NCBI GenBank assembly: GCA_016210845.1
Contig: JACQTK010000041.1
Coordinates: 1,781 to 65,780, forward strand
Source: Acidobacteriota bacterium
Lineage (GTDB): Bacteria > Acidobacteriota > Vicinamibacteria > Vicinamibacterales > UBA2999
Length of the DNA: 64,000 bases
Reading direction: 5' to 3'
Part shown: in pieces, positions 36,880-46,545 of the stretch
How positions within the stretch are numbered: position 1 is the first letter of the stretch
Layout of the letters: each line of letters starts with the position of its first letter
Notes under the pieces: model-generated
What the model was told of the DNA's origin: nothing
Seen by the model: only the letters and a program-made list of their open reading frames with translations
Database searches by the model: none
Program-made: the position numbers and the translations under genes

Positions 36880-38327
36880 CGCTAGACGAAATCGCCAAGC
36901 GCCTCGACAACCGTGCCGGCTACGAGCTGATCACGTATGGGGAGGTCGGTCTCCCGATGTTCGGAGTTTACGCGACCGCACTGGTCCTGGAGAGCCAGGA
37001 ACGGAATTGCATCGAGGAGTTCACTCTTCGCGCGCTCTCGGCGGGCCTCGATACCTCCGCGCAGATCCAAGGAATCTTGGGTCTGCCCCGGAGCATCATC
37101 GATACGACGCTTGCTGATCTCGTTCGACAGGAAGCGCTTCGCACCGCCAGCGACAGCGATCAACTGCTCCTCACGGAGCGTGGCAAGCAGCTCGTCGGTG
37201 CCACAGCAGTGGTCTCTCCTTCTGAGCAGACCATCTGGTTCCCTTTCGATGGATTGCTGCGCAGGCCGAAGTGGTACGGGGGTACAGCGTTCCTCAAACC
37301 CAATGAGGCCAAGGAACAGGGGCTTCCGCAGTTAAAGGCAATACCGACTCGAGGGCCGGCAGTCGACGAGCTGTCCGCAGCGGATGTCTCCGAAGTCATA
37401 CGGCTCGCTGTTGGCGCTAGCCGCGGGGAACGCGAAGTCCTGCGAGTGGTGACGATCGAGAAGCGCTTTCGCCAGTTCCTGCCGGCGGTCGCCCTCGTCT
37501 ATCGCGCGCTCGAACGCGATGACTTGCAAGTTGGCTTCGCGATTGACGGGCGCATCTCTCAGGAGCACGAGCTCGCGTTCGCACGTGGCGGCGGTCTCGA
37601 ACGACAGCCAATCTTTGAGGGACTGCAGGAAAAGGTACGACCTCCAATCGACGACGTTCTCGGGGGCCGCGTCGCCGAGATGGTCGAAGCCGCCGAAGCC
37701 CTTCGCAAGAAGGCGGCTCGTGTAACGACTTCGCGGTCAGCGCTCGACATGGCGTCGCTCGCGGTGGTCAGGGCGCAGTCTGGGGCCCAACGTGCGGAAG
37801 CTGCTGCTGCAGAGGAGCAAGCCCGTGATGAACTCGCAGAGGTCGAGGCCAACCTTCAGAAAGCTCCTGTACGGCCCCTGCCCGTGTATGAGCATCCGGC
37901 GATCCTCGACGAAGCAGTCTCCAGCGCGGCTAAGCGCCTCCTGATTCTGTCACCCTGGGTCCGCCGAGCTGTAGTGGACGACGCGTTTCTTCGCAATCTC
38001 CAACGTGCTTGTGAGAGAGGCGTACGAGTCTCGATCGGTTTCGGTCTAGGAGAAGCCGACCTTGGGGAAAAGGCTTGGGACGCCGAGGCCCGGCGAAAGC
38101 TCGAGAACCTGTCGAAAGACGTGCCGCTGCTCGAGGTGCGTCGCCTTGGCAATACGCATGCGAAGGTGCTCGTCAAGGACTCAGAGTTCTTCGTCATTAC
38201 AAGCTTCAACTGGTTGTCTTTCCGGGGAGACCCGTCGAAGCCGTTCCGGGAGGAGTGGGGAACCATAGTGCGCGACCCGATACTCGTGGACGACTTCTAT
38301 GCCGAGATCATGAAGAGATTCGCATGA
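36876..38327 (+). CDS. HKD/PLD-family nuclease-like protein with long N-terminal region (Mokosh MkoB-like)
   Basis: ATG 36876 overlaps the upstream TGA (ATGA). Has a single HxK(x4)D motif, NTHAKVLVKD at nt 38157-38180, followed by ITSFNW. Confidence 0.85.
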   Translation: MTLDEIAKRLDNRAGYELITYGEVGLPMFGVYATALVLESQERNCIEEFTLRALSAGLDTSAQIQGILGLPRSIIDTTLADLVRQEALRTASDSDQLLLTERGKQLVGATAVVSPSEQTIWFPFDGLLRRPKWYGGTAFLKPNEAKEQGLPQLKAIPTRGPAVDELSAADVSEVIRLAVGASRGEREVLRVVTIEKRFRQFLPAVALVYRALERDDLQVGFAIDGRISQEHELAFARGGGLERQPIFEGLQEKVRPPIDDVLGGRVAEMVEAAEALRKKAARVTTSRSALDMASLAVVRAQSGAQRAEAAAAEEQARDELAEVEANLQKAPVRPLPVYEHPAILDEAVSSAAKRLLILSPWVRRAVVDDAFLRNLQRACERGVRVSIGFGLGEADLGEKAWDAEARRKLENLSKDVPLLEVRRLGNTHAKVLVKDSEFFVITSFNWLSFRGDPSKPFREEWGTIVRDPILVDDFYAEIMKRFA

Positions 38328-38406
38328 ACAGGGCGAATGTGTTTCGAAAACACCTGTCTGCGGGACGCCTTTCCAGGCGGTCTGACCCGTCCAGAGTCCC
38401 CAAGAA

Positions 38407-39008
38407 TCAGACTCCCGTCCCGAGAGGATTGCGGGACACCCTTGCCCGGTGAAGAACCGAGCACGGGACTCCGACCGCGGCGGCTGCTTTTCGGGTTGAA
38501 AGGTCGGCAACCCGCAGCAGGTCTGCGTCGCTGATTCGGTGCGGTCGTCGTCCGAGCCGTTGCCCCTGCGCCCTGGCTCGCGCCAGACCGGCGCGCACCC
38601 GCTCCGCGATTCTTTCCCTCTCGAATTGATGGCACCAAGGACGGCCATCTGGAGACGTCCAGCGGGAGTGGTGGCGTCGATTCCTTCGTTTAATGATACA
38701 AACCCAATCCCGAGCGCAGAGAGGTCCTCGAGCGTTACGACCAGATGCCGGAGGTTCCGACCCAGGCGGTCGAGGCGCCAGACGATGAGCACGTCGAAGC
38801 GTCGACGTCGAGCGTCTTTCAAGAGGGCGTCGAGCGCGGGCCGACGGTCCTTCGCGCCGGATACGCCCCGGTCTACGTAATCGACGGCCGTCCAGCCTCG
38901 GGCGTCGACGTACCGGTGAAGCTCGAGAAGCTGGTTGTCGCACGTCTGGTCTGCCGTGCTGACGCGCGCGTAGATGGCCGCGCGCAAGGTTGTCGGGGAG
39001 GTGGTCAT
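38407..39008 (-). pseudogene. small serine recombinase (resolvase/invertase) with a 1-nt frameshift near 38.64 kb
   Basis: MTTSPTTLRAAIYARVSTADQ...RLDRLGRN...QMAVLGAI is in the frame of ORF 38181..39245. ...QFERERIAERVRAGLARARAQGQRLGRRP plus the HTH is in the frame of ORF 38407..38943. Confidence 0.8.
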
Positions 39009-39340
39009 GGCCGCTCCTTCGTGAAGAGACGGCCGGTGGCGGACTGCTAAGATCGGCGCAGCCTCGTCAGCCGGTCGATTCGGTTGACAGGTTAGGGTCG
39101 GGTCACAGTTCCTGCTGTGGCTCGGCCCGTCTTTCCCTTTCTGTATCGCGTTCAGAGACGCAGTGCAAGGGCTTTCTGGAGTGACTGGGCGGCGAAGGTT
39201 GTACGTAGGACCAACCCTGTCACCCCATCGGCCTATCCTCCACAAGCTAGAATGCCGCAGCCCGGGAAGGTTAATGGCCGCGCGTCGGGTGCTGTCACGC
39301 TCCGCCCTGGTCGGTCACCTTTAGATACAAGCCTCTCCCC

Positions 39341-42300
39341 ATGGACGTCTTTGATCTTCGCACTCGGCTCGTCGAGGATTACGCGCGTTACACGCGCAGC
39401 TTCATCAAGATTGCCGACCCTCGCGTCAAGGCGAAGGTCGATGGAGCATTGGACGACGGCGCCCTCTGGCCGGAGCCTCTTCTTCAGCTGAACCCGACAT
39501 TTCTGCCGGGCGGGACGATCGACGATCTGGTCGCGGACGGAACTCTGCATCCGGAGTGCAAGAAGATCTTCCGGATCGACAAGTCTGATTCAGACCACTC
39601 CGGCAAACAACTCCTGCTGCACACGCATCAGACCGAGGCGATCCGGAAGTCGAAGGAAGGCAAGTCGTACGTCCTGACAAGCGGAACAGGTTCTGGCAAG
39701 AGCCTCACCTATATCGTTCCGATCGTCGATCACGTGCTGAGATGCGGCTCAGGCAAGGGCATCCAGGCGGTCGTGGTGTATCCGATGAACGCGCTGGCGA
39801 ACAGCCAGGTGGAGGAACTCAGAAAGTTTCTCGAAAAGGGATTCGGCCCGGGTCAAGCTCCCGTGAAGGTTCGCCGGTACACCGGGCAGGAGAAGGGGGA
39901 CGAGCGGGAGGCGATCCGCAGCAACCCGCCGGACATCCTCCTCACGAACTACATGATGCTGGAGTTGCTCCTCACACGGCGTGAGGACCGCGCGCTCATC
40001 AAGGCGGCGCAAGGCCTCCGGTTTCTGGTGTTCGACGAGCTTCACACCTATCGCGGCCGGCAGGGGGCTGACATCGCGTTGTTGATCCGCCGGTGCCGGA
40101 TTGCCTTCAGCGGGCACGACCTCATCTGCGTCGGAACGTCCGCCACGATGGCCAGCGAGGGCTCGGCGCTGGATCAGAGAAGAGAAGTCGCGCGGGTCGC
40201 AGAGACGCTGTTCGGAGCCTCGGTCAACGAAACGCAAGTCATCGGCGAGACACTCGAGCGTGCGACACCCGAGCTGACGTGGGCGCCGCCCCATCGGGAG
40301 GCGACGAAGAAGTCGTTGGTGGAGAGTGTGTTGTCCACGACGAGTCCCCCAGCCGACTACGAGTCATTCCGCGCGCATCCGTTGTCCAGTTGGATCGAGT
40401 CCACCTTCGGTGTTCAGGCAGAAGAGGGGACGGACCGGCTGATTCGGCAGGCTCCGCGTCGTCTGCGAGGGCCCGACAGTGCCGCGGCCGAACTTGCGGA
40501 GCTGGCAGGCGTTGACGCCGGCCGCGCGTACGAACTGCTGCGATCGTTTCTCCTGCAGGGGGCTCAGCTTCGGCGCTCAGAGTCGAGTCGGTTCCCGATC
40601 TTCGCGTTTCGCCTGCACCAGTTCCTCACCCGCGGCGACACGGTCTGGGCCACCATCGAGCCCGAGGCCGACCGCCATCTCGAGTTCGCAAAGCTGGTAT
40701 CGAAACCCGGTGAGCCAGACAAGACACTGTTCCCATTGGTGTTCTGCCGACAGTGTGGAACCGCGTATTACCGGGTCACTGTGTTCACGGACAAACAGGG
40801 GCGTGGCCTGGCACCACGCGAGGACCGGCGCGAAGAAGTCCTTGAAGGTCACTCCGACGCCTATCTGTACGTCTCACAAGCGACGCCCTGGCCAAGGGGC
40901 GACGAAAAGGCCCTACTGGATCGACTCCCGTCATCGATGAAGGAATCGATGGGAGATGGAACTGAGCGGGTTCGAGGCGATTCGCGCGGGGACCTGCCCG
41001 AGCCCACCTTCGTCGATGCGACCGGCCGCATGGTGCCGGAGGGCATGGGGGTTGCCGCAGCTCTGATCCCTCGCAACTTTCTGTTCTGCCTGGAGCCGGC
41101 CTGCGGCGTGGCTTACGTCAAGACGCAGCGGTCGGAGCGGGCCAAGCTGGCGACGCTGGGCGTGGACAACCGGAGCACAGCAACGACCGTGCTGGCGGTG
41201 CGGGCTTTGCTGGACCTCCAGAGCGACCGTGACCTGAAGCCTGAGGCGCGAAAGCTGCTCAGCTTCACGGACAACCGGCAGGATGCGTCGCTGCAGGCCG
41301 GCCACTTCAACGACTTCACGCAAGTGGCTCTGCTCCGGTCGGCGCTGTACAAGGCGGCGGCGGAGAAGGGTCCGAGAGGGCTGTTGCACACCGACCTCTC
41401 CGGAGGTGTATTCGATGCGCTCTCGCTGAACTTCAGCGACTACGCCGCCGACCCGGAGATCCGGGGGCCAGCACGGACCTCCACCAACGACGCGCTTCGG
41501 CGCGTCATCCAGTACCACGTCTACCGGGACCTCCAGCGCCTGTGGCGTGTGACGGCGCCGAACCTCGAGGACTGCGGTCTCCTGAGGTTTGAGTACGAAG
41601 GGTTGGCCGGCACGGAAGGGTTGCTCGAAGAGTCGGAATTGTGGAGTCGCGGGTTCTCGGTGCGAGAGGGCCGGAACGCGGAGGTGTTTGTAGAGACTCC
41701 CGAGCCTCTTCGCCTGTGCCCACCCGAAGTACGCCAGGAGCTCGCGACGACCTTGCTCGATGTCCTTCGGCGGAACCTCGCGCTTAAGGTCCCAGTGCTG
41801 GATCCGCTGCAGCAGCGTGACTTGGTCGATCAGACACAGCCGCGTCTCCTCGAAGGCACCATGTGGTATCTCGACGAGCTTCGCGAACTGCAACAGTCTG
41901 TGGTGGCGTATGCGCGGGCGCGCCAGAACAGCGACTCCTCAGGCCTGTTCATCTCGTCGTACGGCGGCTACGGACGCTACCTGCGCCGCCGGCTCAAGGG
42001 GTACGTGCCGCAGGGAGATGTCTTTGGCCGCGCCGAGGTGGACGCCGCCATCCGCTTCCTCCTGCTTGCCCTGAAGCGTTACGGCATCGTCGAGCAGGTG
42101 CGAGGTGGTGACGTTCCTGGTTACCAGATCAATCCCGACGCTCTGCGGTGGGTGGCCGGCGCAGGCGACGAACGGCCGCTGGACCGTACGCGACTTCTCG
42201 ACGCTGGCGAAATCCCGCCGCAGGTGAACGACTACTTCGTCGAGTGCTACAGGCGTTTTGTCGATCTGAAGGCCAGGCTTGAAGCCAGGGAGCACACAGC

Positions 42301-42928
42301 CCAGGTCACGGCGGAAGACCGGCAGGAGCGGGAGGATCGATTCCGATCGGCGGATCTGCCACTCCTGTTCTGCTCGCCGACCATGGAACTGGGCGTCGAC
42401 ATCGCGCAGCTCAACGTGGTGAACCTGCGAAACGTCCCGCCGACGCCGGCCAACTACGCTCAGCGAAGCGGCCGCGCAGGCCGCGGGGGCCAACCCGCTC
42501 TGGTCTACACCTACTGCGCCGGGCGGAGTCCCCACGACCAGTACTACTTCCGCCAGCCTGAAGACATGGTGGCGGGATCAGTGGCTGCGCCGCGAATCGA
42601 TCTCCGGAACAGCGATCTCGTGCGTTCGCACCTGCACGCGTTGTGGATGGAAGTCGCCAAGCCAGACCTTGGGAAGATCCTGCCCGCAAAGGTGCAGGTC
42701 GAATCGGTCACCGGGCTGCTGCCGCCTTCCGAGCGCGAGGCGCGAATCGCGAGGCTCGCCGCCGAGCCTGGCGAGTATGTCCTCGTTTGTACTGATTGTC
42801 TGTCCGAGGGCATCAACCTCCAGCAGCACTTCAACGCGGTGCTGCACTACGACCTTGCCTGGAACCCCACGCGCCACGAGCAGCGCGAGGGCCGCGTCGA
42901 CCGCTTCGGCCAAACGCGCGGTGGATGA
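39341..42928 (+). CDS. DExH helicase of the DUF1998-associated defence type (DrmA/DruE/YprA-like), ending in a foreign SNF2-type RecA2 fragment
   Basis: Has [20 protein letters not shown], zinc ribbon FCRQCG...[26 protein letters not shown] and [10 protein letters not shown]. The last 75 or so aa read [33 protein letters not shown]. Confidence 0.85.
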   Translation: MDVFDLRTRLVEDYARYTRSFIKIADPRVKAKVDGALDDGALWPEPLLQLNPTFLPGGTIDDLVADGTLHPECKKIFRIDKSDSDHSGKQLLLHTHQTEAIRKSKEGKSYVLTSGTGSGKSLTYIVPIVDHVLRCGSGKGIQAVVVYPMNALANSQVEELRKFLEKGFGPGQAPVKVRRYTGQEKGDEREAIRSNPPDILLTNYMMLELLLTRREDRALIKAAQGLRFLVFDELHTYRGRQGADIALLIRRCRIAFSGHDLICVGTSATMASEGSALDQRREVARVAETLFGASVNETQVIGETLERATPELTWAPPHREATKKSLVESVLSTTSPPADYESFRAHPLSSWIESTFGVQAEEGTDRLIRQAPRRLRGPDSAAAELAELAGVDAGRAYELLRSFLLQGAQLRRSESSRFPIFAFRLHQFLTRGDTVWATIEPEADRHLEFAKLVSKPGEPDKTLFPLVFCRQCGTAYYRVTVFTDKQGRGLAPREDRREEVLEGHSDAYLYVSQATPWPRGDEKALLDRLPSSMKESMGDGTERVRGDSRGDLPEPTFVDATGRMVPEGMGVAAALIPRNFLFCLEPACGVAYVKTQRSERAKLATLGVDNRSTATTVLAVRALLDLQSDRDLKPEARKLLSFTDNRQDASLQAGHFNDFTQVALLRSALYKAAAEKGPRGLLHTDLSGGVFDALSLNFSDYAADPEIRGPARTSTNDALRRVIQYHVYRDLQRLWRVTAPNLEDCGLLRFEYEGLAGTEGLLEESELWSRGFSVREGRNAEVFVETPEPLRLCPPEVRQELATTLLDVLRRNLALKVPVLDPLQQRDLVDQTQPRLLEGTMWYLDELRELQQSVVAYARARQNSDSSGLFISSYGGYGRYLRRRLKGYVPQGDVFGRAEVDAAIRFLLLALKRYGIVEQVRGGDVPGYQINPDALRWVAGAGDERPLDRTRLLDAGEIPPQVNDYFVECYRRFVDLKARLEAREHTAQVTAEDRQEREDRFRSADLPLLFCSPTMELGVDIAQLNVVNLRNVPPTPANYAQRSGRAGRGGQPALVYTYCAGRSPHDQYYFRQPEDMVAGSVAAPRIDLRNSDLVRSHLHALWMEVAKPDLGKILPAKVQVESVTGLLPPSEREARIARLAAEPGEYVLVCTDCLSEGINLQQHFNAVLHYDLAWNPTRHEQREGRVDRFGQTRGG

Positions 42929-44780
42929 CCTCGCGACGCTTGGCGATGCGGAACTGCGCGCCATGTTTGCCGAGGGGACGGCGTACTCAACGTTCTTCGA
43001 AGACAACTACGCCATGGTTCTGCTTGGCGCCAGGCCCGGAGGTGTGGCCGATGCTTTGGCGAAGGTTCTTGGGCTCGAGGCGCGCTCGCTCTCTCTCGAG
43101 ATTCGCCGCCGAGCCGCGAAGTACATCGGTCGAGCGAAGAGGCTTCAGCGAGCCGACCGAATGGAGGCAGCTCAAGCGGCGGCGCTCGAGCTCTTGAAGG
43201 AGCGCCAGGATGCCCTGGGAGAACACGCACGAATCATCTGGCACGAACGGTTCGAAACGTCCATCCGCAAGGCCTCTGCTAGTGAGGCTCCCGACGTCAC
43301 AGACGCATTGGAGCAGGCGACATTCTTCACCGAGATCCGGCGGCCCGATCGCGAAGCGTTGCGAGCGGCGCTGTGGCCCGAACCCCGGCCTGGTTCCGAG
43401 CGCAAGCGGTTTCGTGAACAGCAGCAGCGAAGCCAGGTGCTGGCGACTGTGGCGCGGCTGGGGCACTCGTTGATCGACTTGTACGTCCTCACGGTCCAGC
43501 GGCTCGGAAGCCTCGAGCAGCGAACCCTTGAAGCCGAGGGTGACGAAGGCGACGCGCTGGATCGCCGGCGCATCGACGAGTACCTCGACGTGCTGGAACG
43601 GCAGCGAGTCACGCCTCTTGGTGAGCGAGGCTGGGCGGCGTTCGACGAGCTCTCTCAGATTGCCCGGCACTTCGACTTGATTCTCGATGTGAACGCCCCT
43701 GAGGCTCGCGACATGCCTCTCGTTGAAACCGCGCGCTACTTCGGGTCGATCCTGCGACAGCAGCAGCCGGTCGGTGGGATGTTTGGCCAGGTCAACCGAA
43801 CTCTTGTCCAGCAGTTCCGAATGCCGGGCTATCCCTTCGTCCTCGTCACCACCGACCTACTGCAGGAAGGGGAAGACCTGCATACCTTCTGCTCCGCGGT
43901 ACATCACTACGGCATCGCCTGGACGCCATCGTCGATGGAGCAGCGCGTTGGACGGATCGATCGCGTGCGCTCACAATCCGACCGTCGTCTCTCAGGCCTT
44001 CCAGCTATCCCGAACGGCGGGGACTTGCTGCAGGTGCACTACCCACACCTCGAAGACACCGTCGAAGTCCTTCAGGTGCAGCGCGTCCTCGAACGGATGA
44101 ATACGTTCTTGCGCCTCATGCATGAGGGACTGTCGGTGCCCAAGGGCGATCACCGGCGCGTTGACGTCGGTCGGGAGATGGTCGAGGGCCGTCGGACCAT
44201 TGAGGCGATCCGTGGGCGGCTCCAGAGTGCCTTTCCAATTCCAGGTTGGGCGCTTCAGGGAGGAACGCGGACGCTGGCCACTGACGCCGGTACGGCGGCA
44301 GGAGTACTCGCCCGATTCGAGCGGCTGTCAGGGGTTGAGTACACCGGTCTGTCGATTGAATGGGAGCCGTCTCTTCGGAACGGCATCCTGCTGGGCACGG
44401 TGAGGCTCTCGACCGGCCGGATTCAACCGTTCGGCCTGCTGCTCAAGTCCGATGGCGAGATGCTCCTCGTCAGATGCGTGAGCCCAGTGGGCCTCGTCGA
44501 TCCGGGTTCCACGATGCAAGCTGTTGAAGAGAGCGCGCGGCTGCGCCACGTCCGGATCGGCGCGATTGTCGGACGCGACGAAGCGTCGTATGACCTGACC
44601 GTTGAGGAAGATGTTCTACTGGCGCATCCGGAGCACGACGTGTCGCGCGTCGCGATCCTCCTGCGACGCGTAGCTGACCAGGCCGACAGCCTCGAACAGA
44701 TCCATCTGCCCTCGCTTGACCAACCGCTCGATGCGTTTGAAGCAGATCTCAAGCAAGAGGGAGGCGCCAACCGTGCCTGA
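42921..44780 (+). CDS. helicase C-terminal-lobe-only protein with extra C-terminal domain
   Basis: GTG 42921 sits in a GTGGATGA overlap with the upstream stop. There is no Walker A. Has [15 protein letters not shown]...[18 protein letters not shown]. The upstream part of track ORF 42669.. is an out-of-frame overlap. Confidence 0.65.
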   Translation: MDDLATLGDAELRAMFAEGTAYSTFFEDNYAMVLLGARPGGVADALAKVLGLEARSLSLEIRRRAAKYIGRAKRLQRADRMEAAQAAALELLKERQDALGEHARIIWHERFETSIRKASASEAPDVTDALEQATFFTEIRRPDREALRAALWPEPRPGSERKRFREQQQRSQVLATVARLGHSLIDLYVLTVQRLGSLEQRTLEAEGDEGDALDRRRIDEYLDVLERQRVTPLGERGWAAFDELSQIARHFDLILDVNAPEARDMPLVETARYFGSILRQQQPVGGMFGQVNRTLVQQFRMPGYPFVLVTTDLLQEGEDLHTFCSAVHHYGIAWTPSSMEQRVGRIDRVRSQSDRRLSGLPAIPNGGDLLQVHYPHLEDTVEVLQVQRVLERMNTFLRLMHEGLSVPKGDHRRVDVGREMVEGRRTIEAIRGRLQSAFPIPGWALQGGTRTLATDAGTAAGVLARFERLSGVEYTGLSIEWEPSLRNGILLGTVRLSTGRIQPFGLLLKSDGEMLLVRCVSPVGLVDPGSTMQAVEESARLRHVRIGAIVGRDEASYDLTVEEDVLLAHPEHDVSRVAILLRRVADQADSLEQIHLPSLDQPLDAFEADLKQEGGANRA

Positions 44781-45147
44781 CTGGCGACAGTTCTGCCGAG
44801 GCGCAGACGGGGTGATCGTCGACGGCGATCGCGTGGACGTAGCCGCATCCAACGAGCGTCGCCATCGCATCAGCGTTCGTGAGACGACGGAGACCTACGA
44901 GCTTGTGGGCATCGTCGCACGTCCGGCCGCTATCGACTCCATTCCGGACGTGCCGCTGCGAGCCTGGCGCCGCAATCGCAGCACGCAGCTCGTGGGGTTC
45001 AGAATCGATCGCAAGGGTCGCCTCGTCGGCGAGGCCTGGGTGCCGAAGGCCGGTCTCGATCGCGAAGAGTTCTTGCTGTACCTCAGGCGTGTCGCTGCTG
45101 CGTGCGATCTGTTCGAGTATCACCTCACCGGCACAGATCGAGAATAG
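44773..45147 (+). CDS. small protein related to the C-terminal domain of the preceding ORF (YbjN-like fold guessed)
   Basis: GTG 44773 sits in a GTGCCTGA overlap and is preceded by GAGGGAGG. The motif LYLRRVAAACDLFEY corresponds to [15 protein letters not shown] upstream. Confidence 0.6.
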   Translation: MPDWRQFCRGADGVIVDGDRVDVAASNERRHRISVRETTETYELVGIVARPAAIDSIPDVPLRAWRRNRSTQLVGFRIDRKGRLVGEAWVPKAGLDREEFLLYLRRVAAACDLFEYHLTGTDRE

Positions 45148-45385
45148 GGGGTTCCGCCAGCCCGAGGAGTCGACGGCGCCGTTCCGAAATCGTGGCCGTC
45201 CACCGCACCACTTTCGCCTCGATTTCACTGTCTTTCCACGGGACAGCGAGCGCGTTCCGCAAAGACTTGATTCTGGGACAGCCGGTCCCAGATGCGGACG
45301 TATCAACTCGACCAAATCGCTCTCGATCTGAAACGCGACGAGCTTCAGCACGTTGGTGAGATGCTTGCGATCAGTAGCCTCGATC

Positions 45386-45457
45386 GCGGCGGCTGAAGCC
45401 GCCGCTCTACAGGTGGCGAGGTATCTCTCCCCTGTAGCGCGGGGCGTCAGCCCCCGC
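45386..45457. repeat. REP-like unit (first host repeat after the island)
   Basis: Reads gcggcggCTGAAGccgccgc TCTACAGG ... CCTGTAGC gcggggCGTCAGcccccgc. Confidence 0.85.
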
Positions 45458-45463
45458 GTCGGG

Positions 45464-45469
45464 TAGAAT
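45464..45469 (+). promoter_or_regulatory. putative -10 box TAGAAT, 7 nt before ATG 45477
   Basis: Hexamer and spacing only. Confidence 0.3.
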
Positions 45470-45476
45470 CGCGTCA

Positions 45477-46478
45477 ATGCAGCTGCGCGAGTTGAACATC
45501 GGGTGCATCGGCGGTGGCACGGGCCTGCCAAGCCTGCTCGGCGGCCTGAAGAGCAATCCCTGGCTCAAGCTCAACGCGGTCGTCACGATGTTCGACAGCG
45601 GCGGCAGCTCGGGCCAGCTCCGCGACGAGCTGGGCGTGCTGCCGCCGGGCGACGTGCTGAAATGCGCGCTGGCGCTGGCGCGCAACGAAGGGGAAGCGCG
45701 GCGCGTGCTGCTGTCCCGGCTGCCCACGCTCGAGTCGCGCCTCGCGGGCCACACGGGCGGCAATCTGCTGCTCTCGATGATGGAGCAGTACAGCGGCGAT
45801 TTCCTGGCGGCGGTCGACGGCCTGCGCGCCCTGCTCGGCTGCCGGGGCCGCGTCTGGCCCGTCAGCGTGCAGCCCGCGTCGCTGTGCGCGGAGTACGGCG
45901 ACGGATCGCAGACGCGCGGCGAAGTCGAGGTGGACGCGGAGCAGTCGCGCGGCAGCCGGGTCAAGCGCCTCTGGCTCGAGCCCGACGTGGCGATTCATCC
46001 CGTCGTCGCCGACGCCATCCGGGGGTTCGACGCCGTCCTCATCGGCCCCGGCAGCTTCTTCACGAGCCTGATGCCGCCGCTGCTGGTGCGCGGCATGACG
46101 GAGGCGCTCGCGGAGGTGCGCGGGCCCATCGTGCTCATCTCGAACCTGCTGACCGAAGGCCGGGGGATGGCGGGACTTACGGCGGCCGACGCCGCGTGCT
46201 GGGTCTCGCGCGCGATCCAGCGCCCCGTCGACGTCGTGATTGCCAACTCCGGCGCACCGTCGGCCGACGCCGTCGGCCGCTATGCGGCCGAGCACAAGGC
46301 GCCGCTGGAGCTGGGCGTCCTTGGTCCGGAGATTCAAGCGGTGCTCGGACGCTTCTGGTGCACCGAGATCGCGCGGCACGACCGGCGGCGCCTCGCGTAT
46401 GCGGTCTGGACAGTGCTCAGCCAGCGGCTCCTCCAGAATCATGCGATCCCACAGGCACAGGAGGTCCGGACCTCGTGA
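45477..46478 (+). CDS. YvcK/CofD-family protein (UPF0052, gluconeogenesis factor-like)
   Basis: Has IGGGTGLPSLLGGLK ... VTMFDSGGSSG ... IGPGSFFTSL. Confidence 0.85.
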   Translation: MQLRELNIGCIGGGTGLPSLLGGLKSNPWLKLNAVVTMFDSGGSSGQLRDELGVLPPGDVLKCALALARNEGEARRVLLSRLPTLESRLAGHTGGNLLLSMMEQYSGDFLAAVDGLRALLGCRGRVWPVSVQPASLCAEYGDGSQTRGEVEVDAEQSRGSRVKRLWLEPDVAIHPVVADAIRGFDAVLIGPGSFFTSLMPPLLVRGMTEALAEVRGPIVLISNLLTEGRGMAGLTAADAACWVSRAIQRPVDVVIANSGAPSADAVGRYAAEHKAPLELGVLGPEIQAVLGRFWCTEIARHDRRRLAYAVWTVLSQRLLQNHAIPQAQEVRTS

Positions 46479-46545
46479 CCTCGAGAGAGGAGGGCGCGTG
46501 CATCGACGCCCCTCCCGAGTCTCCGAGCATGTGCTCCCGCACGGT

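Larger units (their letters stand above)
26340..45385. mobile_element. decayed integrative genomic island (about 19 kb) carrying helicase/nuclease cargo
   Basis: Has a serine integrase at the left edge abutting a truncated host gene, plus IS/Xis/resolvase remnants. All host repeat families are absent, and it looks visibly less GC-rich. See findings. Confidence 0.7.

Noticed and set aside
45150-45385. Possible transposase remnant on the minus strand at the right island edge (…KHLTNVLKLVAFQIESDLVELIRPHLG…).
   Set aside because: It is about 30 aa of vaguely DDE-transposase-like sequence with broken frames on both sides. I cannot assign a family without a search.
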